Shown in pieces: positions 1 through 10,363 of a stretch of DNA of 52,948 nucleotides. Source of the stretch: a virus (taxonomy: Duplodnaviria > Caudoviricetes); the IMG/VR virus record IMGVR_UViG_3300030451_004849, positions 1-52,948 of that record; one strand, given 5' to 3'. The notes under the pieces were generated by a model. The model did not search any database and had not been told where the DNA came from. It was given only the letters and a program-made list of their open reading frames with translations. A program made the translations under genes and the position numbers. Position 1 is the first letter of the stretch; the number at the start of each line of letters is the position of its first letter.

Positions 1-21
1 CACTAAAAGTGGCAGGGACCA
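1..21. repeat. Terminal overlap (left copy); genome circular or circularly permuted
   Basis: cactaaaagtggcagggacca (1-21) matches cactaaaagtggcaggggcca (52928-52948) at 20/21 nt; the giant ORF reads in frame across the junction. Confidence 0.9.
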
Positions 22-3000
22 ACCGCAACCCTGGCGGAGTAACCATTTGGAGCGGAGCTAAAGCGGTTGGCCACTGACCAAAAAAGGCCCTATCTCGTTC
101 TTTTTCATCACCAAAGATCCAGTCGGCTGTGTCCTGGAACCAGTTCCATGGGGCAGGCATTGCACTTTCAAATAATGAGTATGCGAACACATTCCCAAGT
201 CCGAAAACGAACATGTCGGTAAGATATTGCCTTTTAAATTTTTCAAATTCAGGAGTACCTCTCCTAAATCCTAACATTTTTGCTTGTCTATAAGCATCAT
301 TTCTAAATCTAACAGAGTTCCAAGCCCAAGTTTGGAATCTTGTCATAACTTTACCTAATGCTGTAGTAGAAAAAGCTGGTCTATATGGAGCAGAATATAA
401 GAATTGTGTAGCTTGAACACCCTTTTTAGCCATTTCTATTAACAATGGATGATCTAACGGCATATTTGAATGTCCATATAGTTCTCTAGCTTGTAAATAA
501 TGAGCTGCAAAAGAATCTCTTCTTAACATTCTTTCAGGCTCTCTCATAAACCATGCTGCTTTTTGGAAAGCAGACTCTGTAATCTTATGTTTTTTAGCTA
601 TACTAATTAACGTTTCGTCTTTTACATTAGGATCTTTCTCTAAAACTTTTTTAGCATCATTTAAAAAATGCTTCCATTTAGCAGATTTAAAACTTGGATT
701 TAAGCCTGCTTCATACAATATGAAATCTGGAACTACGCCATGCCCGATGACCCATTTATCAATATCTTCCTTCGACTTCCACTTACCAGCATCGCCACCG
801 ACATGAGTCCTAAAGTACTCAACACTTCGTCCATTACGCCAATTACGCCAACCTGATGATTGAATTGTATGAAGAGTACCACCAAAAATGTTTGCTGCAG
901 CGGACTTAGGGTGAGCAAGAAGAGTAGCCATTTCATATTTAGCTTCGAGATTAGACCAGTGTCGTATATCCATTTCATCTAAACCTCTCAATTCTTCAGG
1001 TAATCTTAAATCCTCTTTAAAACCTAAAGACTTTCTTATTTTATTTAATCTATTTTTAACATGATTATCAGCATACCAAGAATAAGGAGTGCCTTTTACT
1101 TTCATTAAATCTGCCTCTGGCCCGTCCATCCAATTTTCTGGAAGTTTAGAAGGGAACCCTAATGCTCTAGATATATAATCTTGAATATAATTTTTCCAAG
1201 CATGTACTTGACCTGGGTCTTTCCATTCTACAGAAACCTTTTCACTAAAATCTTGCAACATTTTTTTAGACATTATTTGTCCTATTTGTCTAAAGTATGT
1301 ATCAATCAAATTCTTTTGGTATATATCCCATGAACCAATATCTCTAGACCAGCCAGGTAGATCACTAGAACGCGACATCATATTAGGGGCTATAGGATTT
1401 TTTTCTAAATGAGAAAGATGCTCTCCTTTTCTTTTATCAGCAATCTCTCTTAAAGCTCCCATTTCTATAGTATCTTGTGTTATATCAGATATAATCCAAT
1501 CTCCAGTCATAGACTTGTATTGACCCATAAGCTTTTTAATTTCATTCTTCTGCCAATCAGGACCTTTACCTGTTTGACTTTTAATTTTATCTATAGCTTT
1601 TTCAATAGCAGCCTTAGCGACAGCTTTATTGTGAATAAATTGAGGGTGATAATCATTAGGTTTATAATAATTAGTTAAGTCTAACTTTTGATTTTGAAGA
1701 CTCAATATCATGCTATCATACAACTCTATTGATGCTTTATCAGTAACAAGACTTCTTTCGCTCATTAACCTATCCAACATAATAGATCGAGATATTTTTC
1801 TTAAATTATCAAGACCTAAATTCATCTTCATAGGTTCACCACTTTTTAATATATTCATTAAATATCTGGTAAATTTAGGAGCGTCTATTTTAGGTATTGA
1901 AGTATTGTTAGCCCAATACTGATTTTTACCCTTTTTGTCTTTTAATATAAATTGCTCAATAGGATCTTCAACTTTACTGTTTCTAATATAAGTTTGACTT
2001 TTAGTATCAAACATATAATGGCTGCCTCTAATCCACTTAAAAGTTTCTATAGCCCTATTTGTTAGTACATTGTTAATATCATTTGCAATTTCTCTACCTG
2101 TTTTCTTGAATGAACCGCCTGGTCTACTAACATTAAAAACTTTCTTTTCATTTTCAGCCCAATTTGCTAATTCTTTCGCTTCTTTAAGAGATGCTTCATA
2201 CTCTGCTTTCTTTGTATGATATTCTGCACTACTCATTGAACGTCTTTTACCTTTAAAAGCCCTTAAAGCACGCTCTGCAGACACTATTTCTGCAAAATGA
2301 TACCCAAGTCCATCTTCAACAGATTCATAGCCTGTTTTATCCCTTAATTCAGTTTCAAGTTTTATTTTTTCATCTTGATCCATTTTAACAGCTAAAGCCT
2401 CTGTTCTACCTAACACATATTGAATGTTTTCTATAGTATGAGTAGGAACACCTTGAGTTCCTCCAACCCATTCACCTTTAAAGTTTTGGAATCTACCTTG
2501 TTGTTCAAATATAGTAAAATCTTTAACCATCATCTCTTTAGATACTGCTCTAGGGAATAACATCCAATGTCTTTGAGACAATTTAACTATTCCATCTGCA
2601 GTCAACTTACCTGGTTTTACAAAAATACTACCTGTACGCATTTCTCTAAAGAAATTATTCATAACTCTGAAATCATCAACTGTAAATGCATCAAAGTTTT
2701 TCTGTCTTAAACCTCTAGCAATAAGGTTTAAATTATCTATAGAGCCTACGCTATTATGATAATGTTTAATGTGCCCTATTAATTCATCAACCATTTTACG
2801 TTCAGCGTCAGTTAATTTAAATGGACCTGCTTTTTTAGCTCTTTCTCTAATATCCATTACGCCCTGTAAATCATTTTCCATAGGGTCTTGAGGAGCAATT
2901 TCTTTTAATTCTCCTTTAGTTTCCATATCTGCAGTAGTTTTTGATTCTTTTAAAGGTTCTGATACATAATTAAACTCTTCTGCATATTGTTTAAAGAAAT

Positions 3001-6000
3001 CTCTAATAGCACCATCATTAACATACTTACTTGAAAGACCCGTTTTATTAAAATATGTACCTGATCCGCCCAACTGAATTTCTTTAATTAAAGGTGCAAC
3101 TAATTGTCTAACATCATTATTAAGTTTTTTATAAGCTGCTAGTTTTGTTAAATCTGGACCTTTATAATATGAAGAAAGCATCATAGTATCAAATAGGTAG
3201 GACTCTTCTTTTGTTAAAACACCTTCTCCGCCTTGTTTCTTTTTCCAAGCATTATTTAATTTAAACCCTCTAATTCTTGTATCTATTTTCTCTTGTAAGG
3301 CAAAAGTTTTTAACTCAGGATCTACCTCAAATAGTGTTTTGAGATAGTATTTACCTTTATCATCAAGCATAACAACTTCTTCCTGGTCTACAATAGAACG
3401 TTCAGCAGCTTTTAATTTTTGAGCTCTTTCTATTTGTTTAGTATGATTAACAAAATTAGCCATATTATTTATAAACTCATCAGAAACACCCTTTTCTCTA
3501 GCATCTTTAATTGCTCTTAATAATTGTATTGCAGAGGTTCTGTCCATTGCATCATTTTGAGCAAATTCAGTTCCTTGTCTATATAGTCTATCAATAGCTC
3601 TAAATCTATAAGATTCTGAGTCTGAAATAGCTTGTGCTAAATCTTCTACACTTTTATATTTATTAGCATGTTCCCATGGAAATGATTTTTCTAAAAACTT
3701 TTTATCTTTCCATTGACCAGGTAAGTCTTCAAACAATTCTTTGTATAAATTAGGATTTTTAGCAAGTTCTGCTCTTACCTTAGGTAAGTATAGCTGTTTA
3801 CCAATAACTCTGTAAATGATAGGATTATCGACCGATTTAAAGCTTTCTCTACCTAATAGTCCTCCTGGCTTATTATATCCATCATTAATACCCTTTAATT
3901 CTAATGCTAGGTTGCTATTAAAATCTTCATACCTAGCTTCTAAAGTTTCAGGGTTAACTCTTCTTATTATATCATCAGTATAATCTAAAGGTTCTAATAT
4001 TTCAACCATTTTAGGCAACATAGTACCTCTTTGTGCCTCATTTAATTTATGTATACCTTGAGACATGTCATATACTTCATGAGCATAAAACCTTCTACCT
4101 TGGTCCCAATTTCTACTAAAGTATGCCTTATTAAAATCTGCAAATATTTTATAAGTTCCTTTTCTTGCATGAAAATGAGGAACAAATTTTGCTTGAACAT
4201 CTTTAGGAGCATTGTTCCAATCTATTTTGAATAATGAATGCCATCCTGTATTAAAATAATGATCAGCACCAGTTAATCCAACTTCATCTAATGGGTCAGA
4301 ACCGAAACCTATTTGAGCTCTTGATAATTCTCTAGAATAAGCAAGTTCAGCCTCAGTAACTCTAGGCTCTATATAAATAGTGTAAGCTTTTTTCTCACCT
4401 CTTGGAGAAAAATTAATAGCTTCTCTGTAGTCAGCTTTCCAACCTTTTCTTTTAGACTCTGGTAAAGCTTCATAGTCTTCAGTGGTTATTATATTACCTT
4501 TTTTATTAACAAATCTTTGAATACTATTTTTTAATAATGCATCATAAGTAGAATTTAATACTTGCTTTTGAACAACTGCTGGACCTAATTGATCTCTACC
4601 TGTAGAAGCATCTGCAGCTATATCCATTCTAGATTGAGGTGTATATTTACCAACAATAGATTTTTTTAATTCTAATGCTTTAGCATCACCATCATTTGTA
4701 GTCGTTAATAAATCTTGATAAGTTACCTTACCTTGCTTTATTTTAGCTAAAACAGCAGCATCATGAGCATTATTTGGATCTAAAGTAGACTTTAATACTT
4801 TTAAACCTTCTTTTGATATTTCAGCCGTTTTATTATCTTTGATAATTTTTGATTTAGGGTCTCTATACTCATACTTATTATCATGATACATTTTCCTATG
4901 AGCCTTATCAAGCCCAAATAAAACAAAAGCTTTATCTCCATCTAAATCTGCTCCACCTAATGCTCTCATTGTCCTAGGGTGAAATACTGCACCGTGTCCT
5001 TTAATACCTGTAAAACCTGCAAAAGTAAGTTCATGTGCCCCAGATATAGAGTCCATTGGAACCCTTAATGAGATTGTTTTAAAAAATTCTTTAACTTTAG
5101 GTTGATGCCCATACTTACTCCAAAGCTCTCCCAAAGTCATTCTTTGTTTACTTGATGTTATTATATTACTTACATCCCAGGAGACGTCTTTATAGTAATC
5201 ATCAAGGAAAAATAATTGGTCTGGATTTTCAACACCATATCTTTCTTTTAATATTTTTCTGTTAGCAGGGGCTCCTTTTCCAGAGGTGTTAAAATTTAGT
5301 TCAGGAAACTTTTTAACTAACCACGGATCATAACCTCTCATTCTAACTGATATAGAAGTGTCCCATTTCGGTCTAACGACTTTATTTACCACAAAGTTTC
5401 TCATTGAAGATTGTAAATAATTACGAACATCTTTATGTAGAAAAATAGCTAAATCAGGATAAATTTCCATAAGTCTATTTATATTAGAGGTAAATGTTTT
5501 AGCCTCTGCTACGGCATCTAAATATTCTGCTCTTGATATTTCACCAGAAGAATAATCTTGAGTTAATCTATCTACATTAGACCTTAATATTTTTTGATAT
5601 ATTCTAGCTACAAACTGAGGGTGATTTTCACTTTTAATAGCATCTATAGTCTCTGATAAACCTAATTTATCGATGTTATCTAAAATCTCATCTTGTTCAA
5701 ATCTTGTAAGTTCTTTTTGTTTCAATGCTTGATTTAATCTTGCATTCCAAGACTCTTCTCCAATATATCTATCACCAATAATCTCATTAAAGAACTTATT
5801 AATTTGTTCTTGAGGAATAGACTTAAAGGCATGTTCATGTAAGTTAGCCATTAACTGTTTAGGTATTAATTGAGGTTTAAGCATATGATCTGATTGCTTT
5901 TCAGATAATGAACCCCTAATATCAGATAGATTCATTTTATATGTTTCTCCCCCTGTATAATCAACAGAAAGGTCATCATTTACTTTTAATTCACCTATCT

Positions 6001-9000
6001 TCCTAGAACCATATTCCTTAGCAGCAGATTCAGGCATTAAAAATTGAATACCTTCTTTTCTCATATATTCAGATGCTTCTGGAGTTGCTTTATGAAACAT
6101 AAACTTACCTAACATAGCACCATGAGTTGGGTCACTACCAACAATAAAAGACTTATTTTGTCCAGACTCAGGCATTCCAAATGTTTTATTTAAAGCATCA
6201 ACAAACGTAGCCTCTGCAAGTATTGAACCATCTGTAGATTCAGTATATAGCACAGCTTTATCATCAGATGTTAAATTCTTATTATCAGCCTCTTTAAATA
6301 GTCTAAAACTAACCTGACCATTTGCCATAGACTTATCACCACCCATTTCCTGATATATTTTATTAAAGTATTTTGCATCAGCCTGAAAGCCGTCAGTCAT
6401 CCATATTTGATTACGCTTATTAAAACCTTTAGCATCTTTTATAGAAGAATTATCTCTAATCCAATGAATAAAATTTCTATCTGAACCATCTTTATTCTTA
6501 CCATAACTAGATTTCTTTAACCCATAAAGTTCTTTATCCCACATTAAATTAGAAAGAAAAGATCTATCAAAATATTCACTAGCCTCTTTTCTATTAAAAG
6601 CAGCCTTATTTCTATTTATAAATTTATTCTTTAGTTTATTGTAATGTTTTACTGCGTCTGGGGTAGTCTCTTTAAACACCTTTAATACACCATCAACCTC
6701 TGGCTTTAATTTTTTTACATTAACAACATCAGGGTGATACTTAAAGAAATACATTTTACCCGAATCGCCCTTACCACCATTATAGTAGTATCCTAATTCA
6801 TGAGCTTGCTTTAAAGATTGGGCTAGTAACTTATTAGCTGCACTCTGTGCTCTTTTAGCGCTCTTTCCACCCCAACCAGTAAAGTTCCCTTTTTTATTTA
6901 AATCTTTTAAAGGTATTTCTACTAACTTATTTCCTCTTTGAGTAACAGCATGATCAAGAACCATATATGCTCTATCTGGAGCGTCCTTACCTGTAGCTTT
7001 TCTATATATATTTTCATAAGCAAACTCAATTGCTTTAACAGAATCACCAGTCGACTTTAAGTTCCCAGCTAAATTCTCAGCTTGAGCACCTTCTAACACC
7101 ATTAATGATGTTCTGTTATCAACATTAGGGAAAAATTGAAGAGAAAAATGAGGAGTAGGTCTTTGCTCTACTTTTCTAATTAACATTTGTCTTAATTCAC
7201 CCTCTGCTATATTATCAAAGGCTGGTTGTTCTGGAAATGCTTTTTGTATGTCACCCAAAAATTTATCAAACTTGTCTAAAGACTTATGTTTTTCTAATAT
7301 ATCATAAATCTTTTTCTCTGCTTCAACTTTTTTAACACCCATTGCTTCAGAATCTAAACCATCTAAAACTTTAGGTAAATATTTGCTAACAAAAAATCTT
7401 GCTTTTTTCCTTATAATAACATCTGGAGCATCTCCAATATCAAAGTCTTCAACTTTATCTAATTCTTTTTGAGAGTCTATACGTCCATCTTTTTCTAATT
7501 GTTCCCTAGCTTTTTCTCTACCAGTTATAACATCACCGATTCTTTTCTGTAAATAATTAAGAGTATCGGGTGCATTATTTTTAAGCGCATTAAATATAGT
7601 CTCTGGAATAACTACCTTTTTACCTTCTGGTATTTGGTCTAAAGCCTCTTTAATTCTTTTTCTGTTTAAAGGAAGAGTTTCATCAGTCATTCCCTTTAAC
7701 GGCAACTCTATAACATTTTTATTAATTTCTTTTACATTGCCTTCTTTATTCAACTCTCCTGATGTAAGGAACACTTTTTCTTGATTTGCTTCAATATATT
7801 CAGGTGTAACTTGTTTTTCTACTTCAACTTTAGTCTCATATTTTTTAGCAGCCTCATTTATTTTAGCTTCTCTTACTGAATTACTAACCATTTCAGAAGT
7901 TATATCTACATCTATAGCATCCTTAATACCATCTATAGTTTCTCCTGCCATAACTGCTTGAGAACCAAATGTACCATGTCTCATAGCTATATTACTTATA
8001 ACTGATTCTTGTATATCTTTTGGTAGATCATCAAACCCTTTAACAAGTCTAGGGTCATAAACTTGCATATCCCATTGGAAAGGATTACCATTTTCATCTA
8101 ATCTTTTTAACTCTTTAGCAGTTGTTTTAGCTTGTTGTTCAACTTTTTCAGTGAACCTCATCGCTCTCATTTGACCTGCAGTGGTTTCATGAGCACCAAA
8201 ATATGCACCTAATAGGTACGAGTAGATTTGTTCTGGAGTTGTTTCTCCTCGCATTGACGATTGGAGCCCCTCATATAACGAAGACGCTGCTGCACGTATG
8301 AGCCTATCTTCGTTCTGAGTAGCTGTGTAAACCATTTTCCCTGTTTCCTGATCAAGCTTTGGTATACCTCCTTTATTAACTAGATTTGCTATACCTCTAA
8401 AGGCACCACCAGTAAGACCACCATGTAAACCAGCTTTAAGCATTTCATTAACACCTAATTGCCATGCAGATATACTACTTGCAACACCTAAATTAAAAGC
8501 ACCTTCTGCGACGTGTTTCGCATTATCTGTTGTTAAAAACTTTGCAACATCAGAATAAGCACTATTTTTTACTTCAGCAGCTTTAGTTAATGTTTTAGAT
8601 ACAATAGGAGCAACTTTTTCTGTTGCCTTATTAGATAGCCATAGTGGAACAGAATTACCTTTTAGAGCCCTGGCAGCCTCTGCTAATCCTTTCATTCCTA
8701 ATACTTTAAAAGGAGCTGATGGTATATAGCCTACAAAACCACCTAATTGACCAATAGAACGCATTATACGTTCATATTCATTTTGAGAGGGTTCGCCTAC
8801 ATTAAACGTAGAAAAGCCTGAAAGAAAACCTTCTCCCATGCCTTTAATACCTCTTAATAAATCAAACTCTGAATCTCTGGGACTTCCTTTTGGAGGTTCA
8901 GGTATATCCATTTTATAATGAACGGCATGATTTTTTAATTGAGATACTAACTCAGGTTTAAAAACCCAAGGTTTCTGTTTGTAAGCATCTAATAATCGAG

Positions 9001-9067
9001 CAGTAGTTTGCTGATTATAGAATGGCTTGAAATCGACCAGCCTGTCGAGTTCAGCATATTCCGACAT
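1..9067 (-). CDS. Giant (~3087 aa including the part across the junction) virion-associated two-barrel RNA polymerase / ejection protein
   Basis: Manual translation from ATG 9067 (GGAG RBS upstream): MSEYAELDRLVDFKP...; same frame carries ESTDGSI (D~946), LGKFMF (K~988), PESAAK (K~1017), LRVP (R~1335) and GGADLDGD (DLDGD at 4934-4948). No ORF is listed in this frame, consistent with no stop before the window edge; continues at 52927 to the stop at 52731. Confidence 0.85.
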   Translation of the reverse strand, partial: MSEYAELDRLVDFKPFYNQQTTARLLDAYKQKPWVFKPELVSQLKNHAVHYKMDIPEPPKGSPRDSEFDLLRGIKGMGEGFLSGFSTFNVGEPSQNEYERIMRSIGQLGGFVGYIPSAPFKVLGMKGLAEAARALKGNSVPLWLSNKATEKVAPIVSKTLTKAAEVKNSAYSDVAKFLTTDNAKHVAEGAFNLGVASSISAWQLGVNEMLKAGLHGGLTGGAFRGIANLVNKGGIPKLDQETGKMVYTATQNEDRLIRAAASSLYEGLQSSMRGETTPEQIYSYLLGAYFGAHETTAGQMRAMRFTEKVEQQAKTTAKELKRLDENGNPFQWDMQVYDPRLVKGFDDLPKDIQESVISNIAMRHGTFGSQAVMAGETIDGIKDAIDVDITSEMVSNSVREAKINEAAKKYETKVEVEKQVTPEYIEANQEKVFLTSGELNKEGNVKEINKNVIELPLKGMTDETLPLNRKRIKEALDQIPEGKKVVIPETIFNALKNNAPDTLNYLQKRIGDVITGREKAREQLEKDGRIDSQKELDKVEDFDIGDAPDVIIRKKARFFVSKYLPKVLDGLDSEAMGVKKVEAEKKIYDILEKHKSLDKFDKFLGDIQKAFPEQPAFDNIAEGELRQMLIRKVEQRPTPHFSLQFFPNVDNRTSLMVLEGAQAENLAGNLKSTGDSVKAIEFAYENIYRKATGKDAPDRAYMVLDHAVTQRGNKLVEIPLKDLNKKGNFTGWGGKSAKRAQSAANKLLAQSLKQAHELGYYYNGGKGDSGKMYFFKYHPDVVNVKKLKPEVDGVLKVFKETTPDAVKHYNKLKNKFINRNKAAFNRKEASEYFDRSFLSNLMWDKELYGLKKSSYGKNKDGSDRNFIHWIRDNSSIKDAKGFNKRNQIWMTDGFQADAKYFNKIYQEMGGDKSMANGQVSFRLFKEADNKNLTSDDKAVLYTESTDGSILAEATFVDALNKTFGMPESGQNKSFIVGSDPTHGAMLGKFMFHKATPEASEYMRKEGIQFLMPESAAKEYGSRKIGELKVNDDLSVDYTGGETYKMNLSDIRGSLSEKQSDHMLKPQLIPKQLMANLHEHAFKSIPQEQINKFFNEIIGDRYIGEESWNARLNQALKQKELTRFEQDEILDNIDKLGLSETIDAIKSENHPQFVARIYQKILRSNVDRLTQDYSSGEISRAEYLDAVAEAKTFTSNINRLMEIYPDLAIFLHKDVRNYLQSSMRNFVVNKVVRPKWDTSISVRMRGYDPWLVKKFPELNFNTSGKGAPANRKILKERYGVENPDQLFFLDDYYKDVSWDVSNIITSSKQRMTLGELWSKYGHQPKVKEFFKTISLRVPMDSISGAHELTFAGFTGIKGHGAVFHPRTMRALGGADLDGDKAFVLFGLDKAHRKMYHDNKYEYRDPKSKIIKDNKTAEISKEGLKVLKSTLDPNNAHDAAVLAKIKQGKVTYQDLLTTTNDGDAKALELKKSIVGKYTPQSRMDIAADASTGRDQLGPAVVQKQVLNSTYDALLKNSIQRFVNKKGNIITTEDYEALPESKRKGWKADYREAINFSPRGEKKAYTIYIEPRVTEAELAYSRELSRAQIGFGSDPLDEVGLTGADHYFNTGWHSLFKIDWNNAPKDVQAKFVPHFHARKGTYKIFADFNKAYFSRNWDQGRRFYAHEVYDMSQGIHKLNEAQRGTMLPKMVEILEPLDYTDDIIRRVNPETLEARYEDFNSNLALELKGINDGYNKPGGLLGRESFKSVDNPIIYRVIGKQLYLPKVRAELAKNPNLYKELFEDLPGQWKDKKFLEKSFPWEHANKYKSVEDLAQAISDSESYRFRAIDRLYRQGTEFAQNDAMDRTSAIQLLRAIKDAREKGVSDEFINNMANFVNHTKQIERAQKLKAAERSIVDQEEVVMLDDKGKYYLKTLFEVDPELKTFALQEKIDTRIRGFKLNNAWKKKQGGEGVLTKEESYLFDTMMLSSYYKGPDLTKLAAYKKLNNDVRQLVAPLIKEIQLGGSGTYFNKTGLSSKYVNDGAIRDFFKQYAEEFNYVSEPLKESKTTADMETKGELKEIAPQDPMENDLQGVMDIRERAKKAGPFKLTDAERKMVDELIGHIKHYHNSVGSIDNLNLIARGLRQKNFDAFTVDDFRVMNNFFREMRTGSIFVKPGKLTADGIVKLSQRHWMLFPRAVSKEMMVKDFTIFEQQGRFQNFKGEWVGGTQGVPTHTIENIQYVLGRTEALAVKMDQDEKIKLETELRDKTGYESVEDGLGYHFAEIVSAERALRAFKGKRRSMSSAEYHTKKAEYEASLKEAKELANWAENEKKVFNVSRPGGSFKKTGREIANDINNVLTNRAIETFKWIRGSHYMFDTKSQTYIRNSKVEDPIEQFILKDKKGKNQYWANNTSIPKIDAPKFTRYLMNILKSGEPMKMNLGLDNLRKISRSIMLDRLMSERSLVTDKASIELYDSMILSLQNQKLDLTNYYKPNDYHPQFIHNKAVAKAAIEKAIDKIKSQTGKGPDWQKNEIKKLMGQYKSMTGDWIISDITQDTIEMGALREIADKRKGEHLSHLEKNPIAPNMMSRSSDLPGWSRDIGSWDIYQKNLIDTYFRQIGQIMSKKMLQDFSEKVSVEWKDPGQVHAWKNYIQDYISRALGFPSKLPENWMDGPEADLMKVKGTPYSWYADNHVKNRLNKIRKSLGFKEDLRLPEELRGLDEMDIRHWSNLEAKYEMATLLAHPKSAAANIFGGTLHTIQSSGWRNWRNGRSVEYFRTHVGGDAGKWKSKEDIDKWVIGHGVVPDFILYEAGLNPSFKSAKWKHFLNDAKKVLEKDPNVKDETLISIAKKHKITESAFQKAAWFMREPERMLRRDSFAAHYLQARELYGHSNMPLDHPLLIEMAKKGVQATQFLYSAPYRPAFSTTALGKVMTRFQTWAWNSVRFRNDAYRQAKMLGFRRGTPEFEKFKRQYLTDMFVFGLGNVFAYSLFESAMPAPWNWFQDTADWIFGDEKERDRAFFGQWPTALAPLQMVTPPGLRLVPATFS

Positions 9068-9078
9068 TTATTACTCCA

Positions 9079-10353
9079 TTATACGTTAAAAGGATCTAAG
9101 GCAGCATCTTCTAATTCTTGTCTGCTTGGTTCCCTTTTATTAAGCATAGACAATGCACCAAGACCCATACCACCAGACATTGCTGCTTGCCATTTATCTA
9201 TATCACCCAAAGTTGCAGGAGTAGGTAATTCAGTTGACCCTTTTCTTTGAGCTAATTTTACAATCTGTTTAACAGCTTCACTATCTAATTTAGTTACATT
9301 TTTAGATTTTAAATATTCTTCTATAACCTGTACTTGAGGTTTAGTAGGATTCTTAACTCCAGCCTTAATTAAAGCATCTTTAATATTTTTAGAATTTACT
9401 AGTTTTCTAGCATCTAATCCATTAGCCATTTTAATAATTTGGTCTGGTTTTAATCCATTTAAATTAACAGGACCAGACATATTAGCCGTATTTAATTGAG
9501 ATATATATTCTTTAGCAATCTTGCTATTTTTTCCATATGTTCTGTTAATCATATTAGTTAAAGATTTAACCTGACCAGAAGTTAAGTTTGCTCCAGAAAC
9601 AACTTCTTCTAAATTGCCAGTGTTAGCTATTGCTTGTCTACTTCTAACTAATGTATCTGCTTGAGCTTTTCTACCAGCTGCAGTTTGAGCATTTTTAGCC
9701 CATTGCCATCCAGCATTTGCACCATAAGGTGTTAAAGCTTGTTTGCCTGACTGAATTGCACTAGTAGTCATTCTTCCTACAGGAAGTTTTGATATTGCAG
9801 TTGCCCCTAAACCTCCTAAAGATTTAGCAGTTCCACCTAATCCTCTGGCAGCTGCACTAATTTTACCTAATCCTTGAGCTCCCCTTACTCCTGAAGCTAG
9901 AGCCGCACCTGCTTTACCTACATTACCTAATGCCGCACCAACTGTAGGAGCCGCCATTCCACCTGATGCTATAGTCGCTGCTACTGCTGCAGCTATTTGA
10001 GCCGCTGCACCGCCTATTTTACCAGCGTTTTTAGCAACTCTAGTACTTTCATCTGAATACCATTTATCTGGCATTAAATCAAATACTACAGAGTCTGCTA
10101 AACCACCTCCAAATGCTAAGGCATTCGCCCCAAAACTAGCAGTTTTTTCTTGTCTTTGAAATGGGATCTGATATTGCATAGCCATACGCTCTATCTGAGC
10201 AATCATAGTATTGTTGAAATTATTAGGATTACGCTCATACTGCCTAATATAAGCCAACACTCTTTTTCTTTCGTTCTTTAACTGTCTTTCTTCAGCTGTA
10301 ATTGGAGCCTGCATTTGGCCACCAGTTAAGCTCATTTGTCCCATTATTGGCAT
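9079..10353 (-). CDS. Internal virion/ejection protein (Ala/Gly-rich, hydrophobic segment)
   Basis: 424-aa ORF, Ala/Gly-rich, between tail genes and the giant protein; RBS AAGGAG. Confidence 0.55.
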   Translation of the reverse strand: MPIMGQMSLTGGQMQAPITAEERQLKNERKRVLAYIRQYERNPNNFNNTMIAQIERMAMQYQIPFQRQEKTASFGANALAFGGGLADSVVFDLMPDKWYSDESTRVAKNAGKIGGAAAQIAAAVAATIASGGMAAPTVGAALGNVGKAGAALASGVRGAQGLGKISAAARGLGGTAKSLGGLGATAISKLPVGRMTTSAIQSGKQALTPYGANAGWQWAKNAQTAAGRKAQADTLVRSRQAIANTGNLEEVVSGANLTSGQVKSLTNMINRTYGKNSKIAKEYISQLNTANMSGPVNLNGLKPDQIIKMANGLDARKLVNSKNIKDALIKAGVKNPTKPQVQVIEEYLKSKNVTKLDSEAVKQIVKLAQRKGSTELPTPATLGDIDKWQAAMSGGMGLGALSMLNKREPSRQELEDAALDPFNV

Positions 10354-10363
10354 TATATTCTCC

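Noticed and set aside
1-9067. Apparent 9-kb gene desert suggesting stop-codon reassignment
   Set aside because: Explained by one ORF running off the window edge; TAA, TAG and TGA all act as stops at tightly coupled gene junctions elsewhere
58-9250. Short track ORFs (58-246, 733-978, 1475-1678, 1710-1922, 4049-4234, 9008-9250)
   Set aside because: Shadow ORFs overlapping or antisense to the giant RNAP frame, with no convincing RBS or protein-like composition
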